From Guillardia theta CCMP2712 (Eukaryota > Protista > Cryptophyta), in contig NW_005434468.1 in assembly GCF_000315625.1 (NCBI RefSeq), positions 1 to 57,795 of the forward strand: a stretch of 57,795 nt of DNA, written 5' to 3'. The notes beneath the pieces are model-generated. The model searched no databases. It saw only the letters and a program-made list of their open reading frames with translations, and was not told the origin of the DNA. Both the position numbers and the translations under genes were made by a program. Positions 20,201-33,800 of this stretch are shown here, piece after piece. Numbering within the stretch: the first letter of the stretch is position 1; the number at the start of each line of letters is the position of its first letter.

Positions 20201-21956
20201 AACGAAGAAATCGACAGCTTGATGTCTTTTCTTCAAGGATGCAAGAAAGATGAAAGAAGAGAATCAAGGATACAAAAAGCTCAACTATTCTACACAGGCA
20301 TGTTGTCGGCAACCAGCCATATCGCGTTTGACAATGACGAACCAAGCATCAAAGAAGCTCTCAACAACAACAACCCAGAGAGACACCATTGGATAACAGC
20401 AATTCAGTCAGAGGCACGATCATGGAACGGACTAAAAGTATTCGAAGAAGTCGACAACATCCCAGACGGAAGAAAGGCAATCGGATGCAGAATCATCCTT
20501 AAAAGGAAAAGAGGACCGAATGGAGAAGTATTAAAACAAGGCAAGAGCGATCATACAAGGTTACAACGCGGTACAAGGGATCGATTACCTCGACTCCTTC
20601 TCAGCGACAGCGAACCCAGTTACGATCAGACTCCTCCTGACAATCGCCAGAGCAAACAAATGGCACGTCAGATGTCAAGATATCTCAACTGCATACCTGA
20701 TGGCACCACTTCCTACAGTTGTATATATCAGGACCCCAAAGGAATTTCAAGAGTTCTGCAACATTAGAGCAGCATACTTGAAGATCCTGAGTTCAGTCTA
20801 TGGACTTCCTTCATCAGGTCGAAACTTCTGGAAGAAGCTCTGCCAAGACCTACGCGATTTCGGTTTCAAAGCCTGCACGTCAGATGATTGTTTGTTTCTA
20901 TATCATGACGAGCAAGGGGGAGAGATCATCATCGCGTTAGTAGTCGACGACATCATCCAAGCTAGCAACAGCCAAGCACTATTTGCAAAGTTCGACGACT
21001 TCATGATGAACACAAAAGGATACAGCGTAACAACCGACAACGATCTTAGCTTCTATCTGGGAGTCGCGTACAAGAGGGACGAAGCTGGAGACTTCATCAG
21101 CAACCAGCAAGCGTACATCGAAAAATGTTTGAAAAGATTCAACCTCGAGGGGATCGACCCTACAGGGAAATTCACTACGCCAATGGATCCCAAGTTCGTG
21201 ATCGAACCAGAAGACGTTGATCCGCACGCGCCTGAAGACTTAGTCAAAATCTACAGAAGCCAAGTAGCAAGTCTGATATACATAGCAACATGGTCAAGAC
21301 CAGAAATCAGCTATGCAGTATCATTGCTATCAAGATATCTCACAAGTCCTACGAAGAAACTGTTAATGGCAGTGCACAGAGTATACGCTTATCTCAAGAA
21401 CACCAAGACACTAGGAATCAGATACACCGACAACGACGACAACGGACACAAGAAAATGGAACTAGTCGCATTCTGCGATAGCTCAGACGCCGATTGCAAG
21501 CTCACAAGCAGATCAACCGGTGGATACGTCATTTTCCTCAATGGGACACCAATCTCATGGAAATCAGCAAGACACAACACTGTCTCACTGTCTACCATGG
21601 AAAGCGAATACATCCAAAGCACGCTTACAGCTATCGAGATCTTGTACTTGCGAGAGACGCTCGAGTTCATGGGATACAAGCAACCTACGACGATATGCTA
21701 TCAAGACAACGCCGCCTGCATCAAGCTCAGCGAGAATCCCGTCAGCAAGAGCAGATCGAAACACATCAAGAGAAGACACCATTTCATACGACAATGCGTT
21801 GCCAACAAGGAGATCACCTTAGAAGCAATTCATACAAGCGAGCAAGTTGCTGATATATTCACAAAACCGCTGCCCGCTGATCAGTTTCTCTATCTAAGAG
21901 ACCAACTGTTGAACCTCCCTGAAGCAACACGCTATCAAAGGAAAACAAAAAAGTAA
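17166..21956 (+). pseudogene. Copia pol (protease, integrase, RT, RNase H) with several frameshifts
   Basis: AIVDSGAT; WHVRTNH...CHTC; RVDNGSE; QNGRAE; VYGLPSSGRNF; LVVDDII; FCDSSDA; SRSKHIKRRHHFIR; ADIFTKPL. Confidence 0.92.
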
Positions 21957-22629
21957 TTCATACGATGATTACCTTTGGTAATTTTCAAAATGAATAAACT
22001 TTTCTCAAACTTGTCTAAGATCCTTCGAAGGACAAAGACACATACGCGAAGTGCTGAGCGCCTCTGGACTGTTCTAGTACCAGGGAGTAGCATAGTACAA
22101 GCGAAACCATAAGCATGTGGCACAACTTGAGCATCCCTGGGGCATTGCGACTTCAGAGGGTAGTGATAGTTGCTTGCAAACGCAAATGGATATGGGAGAA
22201 AGGAGTAAGAGTTTCATAGCACAGCTTCCCCATAGTACATGGGCTGATTTGGTGACATGGAAACATGATTGCTAATCAGGGCGATGGCGCGTAACATGAT
22301 TTCTTTTGAAACATGGAAACGTACTCTTCGTTAACTCACCACCGTGGGTAACCGGCGTGTAGCAAAATGCTGCATAGCTGCTCTAAACTTCCATTGAAGC
22401 TAGTTGATGAAGCGAAAAGCTACATCAGGGTTTGGAATTGCTTACCCCACACAATCAGCAGTGTGTGAAAGGCAATACAACATCTCGTTACCTCAAAAAT
22501 GTTAAACGCAATTCCTCACGTGCATCCACAAAATGCTACGAAGGAAACGTAAAAGCATGTGGAAACGACGTGTTATGCTCACTGAAAGGCATATCAATGC
22601 ATGTATGACTTTGGAACCTATGTCATTTG

Positions 22630-24570
22630 CTGAAACGTACTGGGAACTCACCGTCCTGGGCCACATTTGCATTTTGGCTTCCTGCCATTTTCGCATTTTG
22701 CTGGTTAGTTCGCGAAGAGACAAAGGGAGACCCTCATACAGCACCAGAATCGTTGGGTCGGTCCCGGTGTTGCATAAATCAATGCTCTCACGCAGTGACG
22801 CAGCTCTTGAAAACGACCCACGTTCCCACCCTCCAATATTTCTTGCGTGGAATCTCCCCGGCCTTGACAGCTGCCCAGTGCAAGTGCTTTGACGTCGCGA
22901 ATCTCCGTCTCCTGGCGAAGGTGTTTCAGTGGCCACAGAACCAGGCACAGGAGGGTTTATCTGACCTGCAACCTGCCCCTGACACCCCTCCATCTGACCT
23001 TCACTTTGCCTATTTCAAACGTCAGTTGCCTTATAGTGCTGGAGGAGATGGGTTCACCCCGCAGGAGGGCGTGGCCCACACCGCATTCTGGTCGGCGACT
23101 GCCAAGTTTCTCAAATGGGCGGGTGAAATTGCCATCTTCCAGCATTGGATGTTACCTACACCGCCACTTTTCCACCGGATCAATTCTGACACTGAGCTTC
23201 GAATCCGCCAACCGCAGCAAGCGGACGCTGGGGATGTTGTCCCCATGCTGGCTGCCTTCTTGGACACTCACAGGCACTTGATGGAGCAGGGCATCTCGGC
23301 GTACACCTCCTTGGCGGAGCTTCCTCAGGCGTGCGACAATGGCTGGATCCCTTCGCCGGAATTATTTGGGACGTCGGGCAGTGCGCTTTTCATCCCCGCC
23401 CAGCGGGAGCTCACGGCTCAGTTCCTCTCGGAGTTTCCTCGGTTCCGCAGTATTCGGGCTCACCTTTCTGAGCGCCAGAGATCTTTGTTGGCACACCACT
23501 CCAGCTTCTCTACTCCCCTTCGAGTACCAGGCCACCCGGTTGATGCACTTCTGTCTCAGTTTACCCCTCAGCGCACGATTTGGCACTCGATCATGGAAAG
23601 TACAAACCTTGGGATCTTTGAGCAGCAGCCCATCAGCTTGGTGGCTGCCGCTGACAAGTTTCTTCATGGATTGCCGGTTGACCTCCCGCCGCACTGCGAT
23701 AGATGCCATCATCTTCTCCGTCATCCTGGGGGGACCACACACATGGCAACCTGCAGGCACCGCAGCCAGTTATGGACTGATGCGCATGAGAAGTGCAATG
23801 CCGTCCTCAGTACCCTCATCCGAAGATTCCGGAGTGAGATGCCGTGTCCACGTGCAGGGCGTACCCGGCACCAGGCAGAACGTTTCCCAACATGGCCCTG
23901 AAGATCATCATGTAGGGGACTTTGAACTTCCACAACTGATGGCTACTGGAGGCGGATGGCATGGGTTAATCCTGGACTTCAGCATGTCACATGTGTTTGA
24001 CAATGATGGAATACCGGACCTCGCTCGGAGCAAACTGCAAGCGGCAGCACAGCGGAAGATCCGAGGGCATCGTAATGCATATGCTCAGCACGTCCCGCCA
24101 AAGGCCTTTCTTCCCATCATCGCCAGCACTGATGGCCTCTTGCAGGACGATGCGTTGCGCTTTCTGTGGTGGCTGGCGGATCGCTCGGCGAACAAGGAAA
24201 CGGCAGCGCTGGATGGTCTCTCGGCCTCGCAAGACGTCTCAGGTGATCCGACTTGCAAACGCATCCGGTCCAGGATCTTTCGTCAGCTCAAGGCCTCCCT
24301 GTCCTACGCTGCCATCATCGCGGGTGCATCCCGGTATGCGTCTCATTCCTTCGGCGGCGGCCACCGCGACATCGCTGGCATGGCGGCGCGGGGGGATTGT
24401 CCAGCGCGCCGTTAAGTGAAGGTATCAGTTAAGTTTGGGGGACAGCAGTTGGCAGGATTGGGTTTGGTTCTCGCTGTCTTTTCTCTTCTCGCCGTTTGGC
24501 CTGTGCGACAGTGTCAGGGTCAAGCCTCCTCGACTCTCCTGATTGTCCTCGTACTGATCTTTAACTTAAC
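22630..24570 (+). mobile_element. 5'-truncated CRE-like non-LTR retrotransposon fragment (RT thumb, CCHC zinc finger, restriction-like endonuclease) inside the Copia 3' region
   Basis: PTLQYFLRGISP, QLPYSAGGDGF, CDRC...HMATC...AHEK, GDF...LILDFSMSH...RKIRGHRNAY...FLPIIASTDG. Frameshift near 23830. Boundaries are approximate. Confidence 0.75.
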
Positions 24571-24995
24571 TTTGAGTGACGACACTAAGTTTCGAGCAAG
24601 GGGGAGTGATGTTGCACCCGCATGACGTTACGTCAGTAACGGACATGGCAGCATCATGCGAGTAGTCGTAAGAGGCTACGTACGCTGGCGAGGTGTATAA
24701 TGCTAGAATCGAAGATGTGTACTGGACGTAGACGTACGTACAACACATTGGTATGATGAAAGCATGAGGCTGGTATAAACCGATACACATGTTTACTCAT
24801 TGCTGTATTACGGGTTAAGCCTGACCTCGACATATAAGCAACCCATCTTAGACGTTGGCCACGTCATCGGAATGGGATTGCACGAACATTGACGTGTGTT
24901 CTCTTACTGCTGTACATAAACAAATCTAGCTTCATTGTTCATCTGTTCTACTCCTAAGTGCACTATCGCTCAGTTGCTGGACTATACCCGCATCA

Positions 24996-27900
24996 AATTT
25001 CATCCAGGGAAACATCTCGAAAATAGTAAGGACGAAGTTTCGCCACGTTGAAAACTGTTTTCTTCATGTGTTGAAAACGCGGTGTAAACTCCAAGCGCAC
25101 AGAGTTATCTGAAACTTTCTCTTGTATCTTGAAAGGTCCAATGAAACGAATTTTCATCTTGCCCATGGACTCATGCAACTTCAAATCGCGCGTCGACAAC
25201 ATAACGAAGTCGCCAACATTGAATTGCAGATCCTTTCGAGATTTCTTCATAGTCTTCTCCTTCTGAATCGCTGACAACGTTAACGCATCACGAGCCAAGT
25301 CGACGGCTGCCATGATCTTGTCACGAACTTCTTCCACGTCCTCAGCACGCCGATCGTCAGGAGTCAGGTCCAAAACTGTACGAACGTCTCTGCCATAGCG
25401 TAAGATTCGTCGCATCTCTAACGGTCGTATTCCAAATTGTCTCCAGATGTACGAGATAATCATCCCAAGACTTGCTGTCGTGTCGCATGCAGTAGATCCG
25501 CAAGGCTTCAACTATGACACTGTTGAACTTCTCAACTCGTCCCTGCGACTGCGGATGATAAACGCTGCTATGGCGTATGTCGATTCCCATTAGAGTGAAC
25601 AACTCAGTCCAAAATTCTGAAGAAAATAAACTCCCGTTGTCCGAGACCAACGTTTTGCAAATCCCTTGAGCACGATAAACCGTCTCGAAATACGCACGAG
25701 CTGCTCCTTTCGATGTGATCGTCTTCTTACACGGATACAAGAACACCCTGTTGGAAAACTGATCGAGAAACACCAAGACACTGTCGTTTCCCCGCTTCGA
25801 GGTGGGCAGCGCTGTGAGCAAATCCACTGAAATCTTCTCGAATCGCTCACGCGGAACCAAATGACTGTGCGGTTCGCCAGCCGCTCGTTGCTTATAACTC
25901 TTGCCTTGCAAACACTCCGCACACGAGTTGACATAGTTCGCGACGTCCTTGCTCATCGTAGGCCAGAAAGCGATTTGCGACGCCTTCAAGAAAGTCTTCG
26001 TCTTCCCTACATGGCAAGAATCGTCATGAATCAGACGCAAGAACTTCGCTCGAGAATGATAAGGAATGCACACACGTTCCCGACCAAGCGAGTCCTTCCA
26101 AAACAAGACTCCGTCTTGCAGAAAATAAGTTCGACGCTGCATTGGGACCATGTTTCCCTGTTGAATGTCCTGGAGGACCTGCGCGAAATATCTGTCCTGC
26201 TGATAATTTTTGACGACATCAGCTGTAAATGCGTTGTCTGTTGCTAGAGCGTAGCAGTGCGTAACAACCTCTGCATCTCTGTCAGTCACCTCCATCCCTT
26301 CCCCCTCCCCAGAGGACGAGATGGTACAAAGCAAGGTAGGGTCCAAGTTGACCAAATCAGCACGCTGTCGAATCTCATCGTCTAACGCACTCTGTGACGG
26401 CACAACCGTAGAATCGTTCGGACGAGATAGGTAGTCGGCGATAACATTCTCTTCTCCAGGAATGTAGGAGATTTCATCCAAATCGAAACCAGCAAGAATT
26501 TGACTCCATCGAAACAATCGACCCGTGAGGTTGCTCTGCGTGAGAAGATACTTGAGAACAGTACGAACCAACACCCTGCGTCCGTGCAAGTAAAACTTGA
26601 AATGCACCAATGCTGAAATCAATCCCAGAAGCTCTTTCTCGCGCACTGAATAATTTACCTCAGCACTGTTGAGACGCCGGCTTGCTAAAGAAGGCGACAG
26701 GCAACAGATCTTCGCCATGCTGTTGTGTTAAGACAGCACCAATGGCGTAGTCGCTCGCATCGACCAACACGCAAGTAGCTAACGCTGGGTTGAAGTACCT
26801 TAAAACAGGGGCTGATATCAAACGCTTCTTCAGCTTTACGCCAAAAACGACTTGAGTTCCTTCACTGTTTGCGGCGCCGTACGATCCACAATCGCTTGTA
26901 CCTTTTTCTCTTGTGTCGAGACGCCTGCCTCGCTGATGTGGAAACCGAGGAAATCAATTTCAGAGTGAAACAGCTTACATCTCGACTTCTTGACAAACAA
27001 CTGCTCTTTACAAAATCGATCCAGAGCCTGTCGAAGCAAACGCTCATGTCTCTCCAAGCTCGATATAGCTCAGGCAATTCTCGAGACCTTGAAGAACACT
27101 CTCGAGAAATTTCTGAAATTGATTTGCGGAATCTACCAAGCCGAAAGGAATCCTCCGATACTGATATTTCCCAAACTTCGTGATGAAACAGGTGTACTTC
27201 CTCGAGCGGCGTCCAACTCAAGTTGCCAAAAACTTTTCGCCAGGTCGAGTGAGCTGATCCACAACCGTGCCCCAGGTTCTGAAGCATAACGCGCCCTCTC
27301 TTCCATGATCTTTCGACCCACTCGTTCTATCAGCTCCATCACCAACGGCAATGGAAAGTTATCATTCCGGATCAAGCTGTTAACGAACCTCATATCAGTG
27401 CAAAAACGCAATGTCCCATCAGACTTTTTTGTGAAGATTACGGGAGACGTAAACTCAGACGTCGAAGGTTCAATGATCCCACGCTCCAACAAGAAGGCAA
27501 GATTCGCTTTCAACTCCTCCTCCAACGCGAGTGGCACAGGGTAAGCCTTTCTTTTGCACCGCTTCAACGTTATCCTTGAGTCGAATCGTCGCCTTGAAGG
27601 ACCGGTCAAGAACAACGTCACTGGGAATGTCATCACGAATGACATCCGAATAATCTTCCATGATCGTCTCGGCAGCCTTCTGCTCGAGACTCGTGGCACC
27701 ATCTGTCGGCTGAGCAATCTCCAACAGGTTGCACAAATGTACCACGTACCATTCCGAATCTCAGTGTAAGAAAGTACCTGACACAGCGAGGCGTCCGCAG
27801 CCCCGAATTGCTTGTTCGTCGGGCAAATAAGTAACGGAAGCTCGACCATCTTGCTGCGCCACTTGGCAAAGACTCTGGGATGACCCGCATCAATCACGAT

Positions 27901-28356
27901 CTTGTTTGCACGCATCCATTCCCATGAGAGGATCATGTCCGCATGCGGCAAGTCAAGCATGTAGAACGACCCACTACTCTTGAAACTGGAGCCTACGCCC
28001 AATTTTGTCTGGAAAACCATATCAGACAACCTACTAGTCCCGTCGGCCATGATAACTCGTTTACGAACTTCTGCATCCGTGACCAACAGACCAAATTTGC
28101 GCACTGCCTTCGTGCTGATAAACGACTCTTCAGCAGCTGTATCGAGCAATGCATTGAGAACTATGGATTGATCCCCGAACCGAAAGGTCACAGGTACCAT
28201 AGGTAGAGCTTTGATCCTGTGAGAGTCAACGGTGATACGACATTGACGAATATCCCTAGGATTCTCTGGCGGAGGTGTGCCCGGGTCGAAGACAACATTC
28301 GAAGTCTGCAAACCCGTGCCCCCGTCGATTGCGCCCTCCGCGGCAACCGACGTCAC
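24996..28356 (-). pseudogene. Gypsy pol (PR, RT, RNase H, integrase), frameshifted
   Basis: ALLDTAA; RFCTDMRFVN; LDLAKSFWQ; VDASDYAIGAVL; NYSVREKELL; HDDSCH...CAEC; SVDLL; SDNG; QGRVE; FIGPFKI. Confidence 0.92.
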
Positions 28357-28360
28357 TGGT

Positions 28361-29600
28361 TTAAAGCTGACGGTTGTTCAGACCTCGACAAGAGAGGGCA
28401 CTTGTCTCTGAGTTGTAGCACTTCACCTTCTTCTTGTCGAACTTCTTCTCCTTGCCCTGCATGTCCTCGCTCTGAGTAGGAGCCGACCGCTTGCCCTCAT
28501 GACGAGGTTGTGCTTGGGTGAAATGAAGACTCGTCTGACCGTCTTGTGGGTGTCGCTGACGCAGATTAAGAGCTTCGCGATACAACTGCGGCAAATACTT
28601 GCCCATCTCCGACGGCTCCGCATGGTAAGTAATCCCAAACGTCTTACCATCGCGTTCCATCAGCATGTTCAATTCCTTCCGTAGCATGGCGCGTGCATAG
28701 TCCATTTGTATCCCATCGACAAAGACGCGTTCCCAGCTACCTAGCGCAACACTAGGTCTCTTGGACACAAGGTAGCACGCCTGCAGGTGTGTAACCATCG
28801 CCTGGAATCTCGCGGTGTACGCCTCAACAGACTCCTTGGGCCCTTGCCTAGCCTGCTTCTGCACATGACGCTCAAGTTTCTCAATAAACTCGAATGGTAA
28901 CCATTTCAACAACAGTTTCTCCACAAATTGTTCCCAATCACCATGCTCAGCTGAGAACTGATCTTGCTCAGCCATCGGGAGTGTAGCCCACCATAGCTGC
29001 ACCTCCGGACCGAACGCAGAGATGGCCGCTCATACCCATCGATGGAGTGCTATACGGTGAAATTTACACCTGCCTTCGATATATCCGAGCCATGAGACCA
29101 CCGACCTCTCCATGGTCTGCTCACCATTGTACTGCAACAATGACTTCGGATCCAGCTTGCAAATCTGACCACCGTCATTCTCCGCATGCTTAAGCTTGGG
29201 AGGCTTGTCCTCGGGTTCCCGAACCCGCTCACAAAGCAAGTACACGCATCTCCGCTGCCTCCTTGGCAAGCCTACGGTTCTCTCGCTGGGATTCCTCAAG
29301 TGCCCTCACAAGATCCTGGAGTTTGCGATCAGCTTCTCTCTGGGATTCTGCGAGTGCATTTACGAGATAGGGCGGGACCATCTCTTTCGTTTTCATCCCT
29401 ACAGTTTCCGACGGATCGTACGCATGTGACTGCGGCGACATGCCTGTCATCGTAGGAAAGCGCGGCTCGGCTGACCCATTCAATGTCTCCTTCACAAAGC
29501 TGCCCAACCGTGACAAGCTTCGACTCATGAAGTCCGAGACAACGCTACCTGACTGAATGCTCGTCCTATCCATGTTTTCTTGAACAACTTCTTTCAACAC
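28361..29600 (-). pseudogene. Gypsy gag, frameshifted
   Basis: W..F...LL; RQGPKESVEAYTARF (retrotransposon gag major-homology-like); truncated VKCYN knuckle. Confidence 0.8.
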
Positions 29601-29628
29601 AACAACTCCGAGAGGAAACGTACCAAAA

Positions 29629-29854
29629 TGTTAGGAAAACTTCCTACAAGTATCTCTCGATCCAGTGTTGACACACGAAGTGATCCCGTCAAGAAACCAA
29701 AGAGCAAGCGTGTGACAGCAATGCACAATTCAACGGCAATTTACTCCAAATCAACGTTAGAGATAAAGAAATAAGTAATCTAATTTCCTAAGAAACGATA
29801 CTGCCTAGGACACCTACTTAAGAAAGACAGAAAGTCAGTAAACATATCCTATCA
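29629..29854 (-). repeat. Gypsy 5' LTR
   Basis: Matches 14889-15116; followed on + by the TSD GTTTT. Confidence 0.95.
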
Positions 29855-29859
29855 GTTTT

Positions 29860-30340
29860 CCGACGCTGAAGGAATGGGCGGAATCATCCTCGGCAACCCT
29901 AGAGTCAAAGTCGGGGACTTATACTCGGGCCGCGGCTACGCCTCAGTTTACTCATGATCTTGCCTCACTGCCTCTGCTCTCGCGACAAATCATGACAAGC
30001 AGCGGACAAACGTGATCACTGCTGGGATCCGAGTCTGCTGCCTGGCTTGAAGGGAGCCTTGAAGATCAAGCTCCTGCTGTCTTGCGTCTGATCTACTATC
30101 AAGCCTTGCTCTTCAAGCTTGCAGCATAGGTTTTCAAGCGGACAACATGCGTGGGAAACGGTAGCGTCAAGAAGACGCCAGGGAGCGTTTGCAAAAGCAA
30201 CAGGGAGAGGAGAGGAGAAACAACAAAAAGATTTTCGAACTGACTTGCTGTTCCTCGCCCTAGAGGAGATGGGACTGGTTGCCTCTCACCTCTAAAAGCG
30301 AATCATGACAGGAGGAAGGGAGGAGGAAGGGGGGAGTGCC
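29860..30340 (+). pseudogene. Right part of the degenerate retroposon ORF interrupted by Gypsy
   Basis: FPTLKEWAE and LFLALEEMGLVASHL resemble FMSLGEWAK and LFIALSKFAEMHVLACSL in the 715-aa ORF. Confidence 0.55.
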
Positions 30341-30382
30341 GGGAGTAGGCAAGGGGGAGAGATGGAAACGGTTTCAAAGAAA

Positions 30383-30573
30383 TCTTTTTCTCTACCCCTT
30401 TGATCTTTTTCTCTACCCTTTTGATCTTTTTCTCTACCCCTTTGATCTCTTTCTGGATCCCCCGGGAGCTCTCTCAGCTCCTCTCGGTTTTGTCCAAGAA
30501 TATCTCACGTTGCGCGGAGGAGCTGAGAGCTCTCGGGGGATCCAGAAAAAGATCAAAGGGGTAGAGAAAAAGA
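30383..30573. repeat. ~58-bp-arm hairpin (30425-30484 / 30517-30573) with a triplicated 21-bp unit in the left arm
   Basis: tctttttctctacccctttgatc...ctggatcccccg.gagctctc..agctcctc versus gaggagctgagagctctcgggggatccagaaaaagatcaaaggggtagagaaaaaga. Confidence 0.85.
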
Positions 30574-30822
30574 GTACTGGCAGCAGAAGGTTTTCCCAGC
30601 TCCCCAGAAGTACGGAGGAAAGGCAGCTGCCTTGGTTCAAACCCTTAGGGAGCTTCAGCTTCCAAGGGGTCTAGGCAGAGGATGTGAGCATAGACGTGTA
30701 GTGACCTCGCCGTGTCAAGGGAGGGCTCAGCAGACGTTGACCCGACCCGATACACGTGATGATGGGCGCGAAAACTGCGAATCTTTCTCACGTCTGCTAC
30801 AGAAATCGCTGGCTGGAAATCT

Positions 30823-33800
30823 TTAGAAACTCGTCCTTAGACTGCAGGATGCTACTGGAGATGCATACAACAACTTCATGTTGCCTTCAATCTGCATGAT
30901 CGTATGACCAAAGAAGAAGCAATTCACGAATGCTGCACCTTCGTCGCTCATCGAGCCTGCCGAGTCTGCGACTCTTCTGTTCCATTGCTGGAACTCTTCG
31001 TATGCTGAAGCAGCTTTAGCATACATGAGACCAACCGCAAGGTCACGTCAAAACAGTTTAGCATGCATGAGACCAACCGCAAGGTCACGTCAAAACAGTT
31101 TAGCATACACACGTCAAAACAGCAAGAACGAGGTCAGTCAAGGTAGCGCAGCACCTGCTTCCTCGGACCCTCGAGTAGATCGATCATACTTGCTGCCCAA
31201 GCGCCTGAGAAGAGATCGCAGAAGAGGTCAAGCTTGCCTGTCAAAACTTCTTACAGCTGCTGGTGGACGAATCTGCCATCTCATCATGCGTTGAAACGTT
31301 TTCTTACAAGTCAACCTGCGGGGCCTCGCGACGGTTTGCTATCTCCCTGTCCTCAGACTCAAATTGGTTGATCAAGTTATTCTTTCCTCACCGATCAAAG
31401 TTGTACGTCCCACTCAGCATATCCTTGTCTGCAATGAGGTGCTCAGGAGAAGACACGACAAAGAAGAAGGCAAAGGGAGGAGGAGAAGCACGAGACAACA
31501 CCTTGGAGGAGCCTTCGAATGCAGTCTTTGAAACATTCAAAGGGCATGCGATCGTACTCTTGAGATAGATTCTCCTGTCTGCTCGTCAGCTTGCGAGTCT
31601 CTTTGCCTCATGTACCGAGATGGTTCTGCGGAAAGCTTCTTCTGCTTCTCTTTCTGACACGACAGCAGGAAGCAGACCCTTGAGCTGCAGCAGCTCCTGC
31701 GCTAGCGTAAGACGCCATCTCGAGCTCCCTGGAGGCACCAACAAGAAACTGATCCAACGTGAGCTCCTGTGTGCTCTTATGCGATGAGCCATGTGAAGCA
31801 CGAAACATGCGCTCCTCCTTCTCGAGGAGGCTCACGCTGCTACTCAGCTCGCTTGCCTGGGGCTCGTCCTCCCACACCTTGGCTTCCTCATCAGCAATCA
31901 ACCTCAGCAGGGTGGTCACCACCTGCGCTGCCTCAACATTTCTCGTGCTATTCTGACGGTATCTTGGCTCTTGACGCTGCTCGATGCTCTGCTGGCTTCT
32001 GCTCGACTCGCTCATGTCCCCCCGCGGTCTCTCAGAGCTGGTCGCGCTATGCAAGTAAATCAGCTACGCGTATGCGCCCTTGCTCCACCTGTCCGAAGAG
32101 CTTACAAGCCCGTCGCTTCGCAGCAGAGAGCCTTGGCGAGCACGAGCAGGCGATCGCAGGTCTCCTCCTAACAGACTGCCCCTGCCCACAGGCCCATCGT
32201 CGTAGAGCTCGAAGCCAGTGCCCCTAGGCGCGGCATCAGAGGAAGAGGAAACGAAGGGAAGAGGGAGGGGACAAAACGGGACCAAGTGTCAGTCCCGTCA
32301 AGTGTCAGTCCCGTCAAGTGTCAGTCCCGTCAAGTGTTAGTCCCGTCAAGTGTTAGTCCCGTCAAGTGTCAGACCCGTTGCTTCCTGACCTAGATGATTT
32401 CTCTGACAGCCGGGCGTATATCTGATCTCTTTCCCGAAGTCTCTTTAACCTTTGATCTGCTCCCTGAAGCATTCAATGTTCTTAATCGTTGGGTCTCAAC
32501 TTCACCTGCTATCTCTTGTACCGTAGCTACTTGCGCTGTCAGCCTGTCTCGCTCCTCCGTGAACTCTCTGTGCAGCGATGATGAGCTTTCGCTTGGTTGC
32601 TCACACCTGACAACCTCTGCGCGTCTTCTCGCGCATACTGCAGCTTGTCAAGTAAGAGCTGGTTCTCGTGCTCCAATTCCGAGACTCGGTTACGCAGGGA
32701 GTTGACGAGCTGTATGGAGAGAGAACGTTAATTCTGATGATTTTGATTGATGTGTCTTCACGTGGTCTTGAGAACAAGTCAACCATATCAAGGCAAGTTC
32801 ACCACATCACAAGACAAGTCAACGACACGAATAAAATCTCGGGAGATGTTGATTTTATCACAGATTTTACCTCAGCAGCATCATGTCGAAGAGTTGGAGT
32901 TCCTGGCTCCTCCTGCAAATTCAAAGTCAGAACCTGCTGACCGTTTGACACGATATTTCAAAGCAAGTGTACAAGAGCTTGAGAGCCGTCTGATCATCAA
33001 GGACGGAGTGAGAAAACATCACCATCATCAACATGTCACCATCATCATGTCATTTGTTCGCAACATGGTCGCAACCACTAGATGATATTACTCTCTGACC
33101 GAATTCAATACCGAATGACACAAGAAATCGAATGAATACAACCCGACATAAATATTGTGTGTTCCTTACCTTCCTCACAGATCGGCGGGAATTCTCCTCT
33201 TTCATTTCTGACCGCAGCTGCTCAAGAGCTCTGGCGTACCTTTGCAAACGTCAATCCGCAATCGCTGTACTTCTAGTCATACTCAACAATCTTCTTGTTC
33301 TTGAACTCAATCTCCTTGGCAGCATTCTGAAGCCTTATGGGTCAGAAAAGAGCATAAGAGGAGGATCAACACGTTGAGCTCCTGCTGCAGTGTTTCCACT
33401 TGCTTTCCTGTCAGAACCTCAACATCTCGTTTTGTCTCAGAGTTCTATCTCTCACCATCCTGCGGCTCGTCGTACTTGTTGAGATTCTCCATGAACTTCT
33501 TTCCCTCTGAATCTTCAGCTCGCGTTACAGTTGTTGTCTAAAGTTGTCACGGGATGAGATGCGACAAGCGTCTCTCATCCCGTGTTCCATGTACACTCAC
33601 CTGTCAAGAGCACGCCGTGATGAGCGCGATCGAGAGCATCCATAGCTCCTCGCAGCTTGCTTTTCAACGCTTCACTCTGACCAAGAGCTTAACAGAGAAA
33701 CATTTCAAGTATATTTTGCAGGTCAACCTCGCTTTTAAGCTCCGCCAACTAGAAACAGGTGAGACATCACGATGTTGGATGAAATCACTTACCTTCTTCA

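Larger units (their letters stand above)
15406..24995 (+). mobile_element. Ty1/Copia LTR retrotransposon nested in Gypsy pol
   Basis: 389-bp LTRs 15406-15794 and 24607-24995 (TGATG...CATCA) that appear identical. TSD AATTT. PPT GAGCAAGGGGGAG. Domain order PR-IN-RT-RH. Confidence 0.95.
14889..29854 (-). mobile_element. Ty3/Gypsy chromovirus LTR retrotransposon (decayed), interrupted by Copia
   Basis: LTRs 14889-15116 and 29629-29854 (TG...CA). 5-bp TSD GTTTT. TGG-starting PBS-like site next to the 5' LTR. Domain order gag-PR-RT-RH-IN-chromodomain. Confidence 0.95.
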
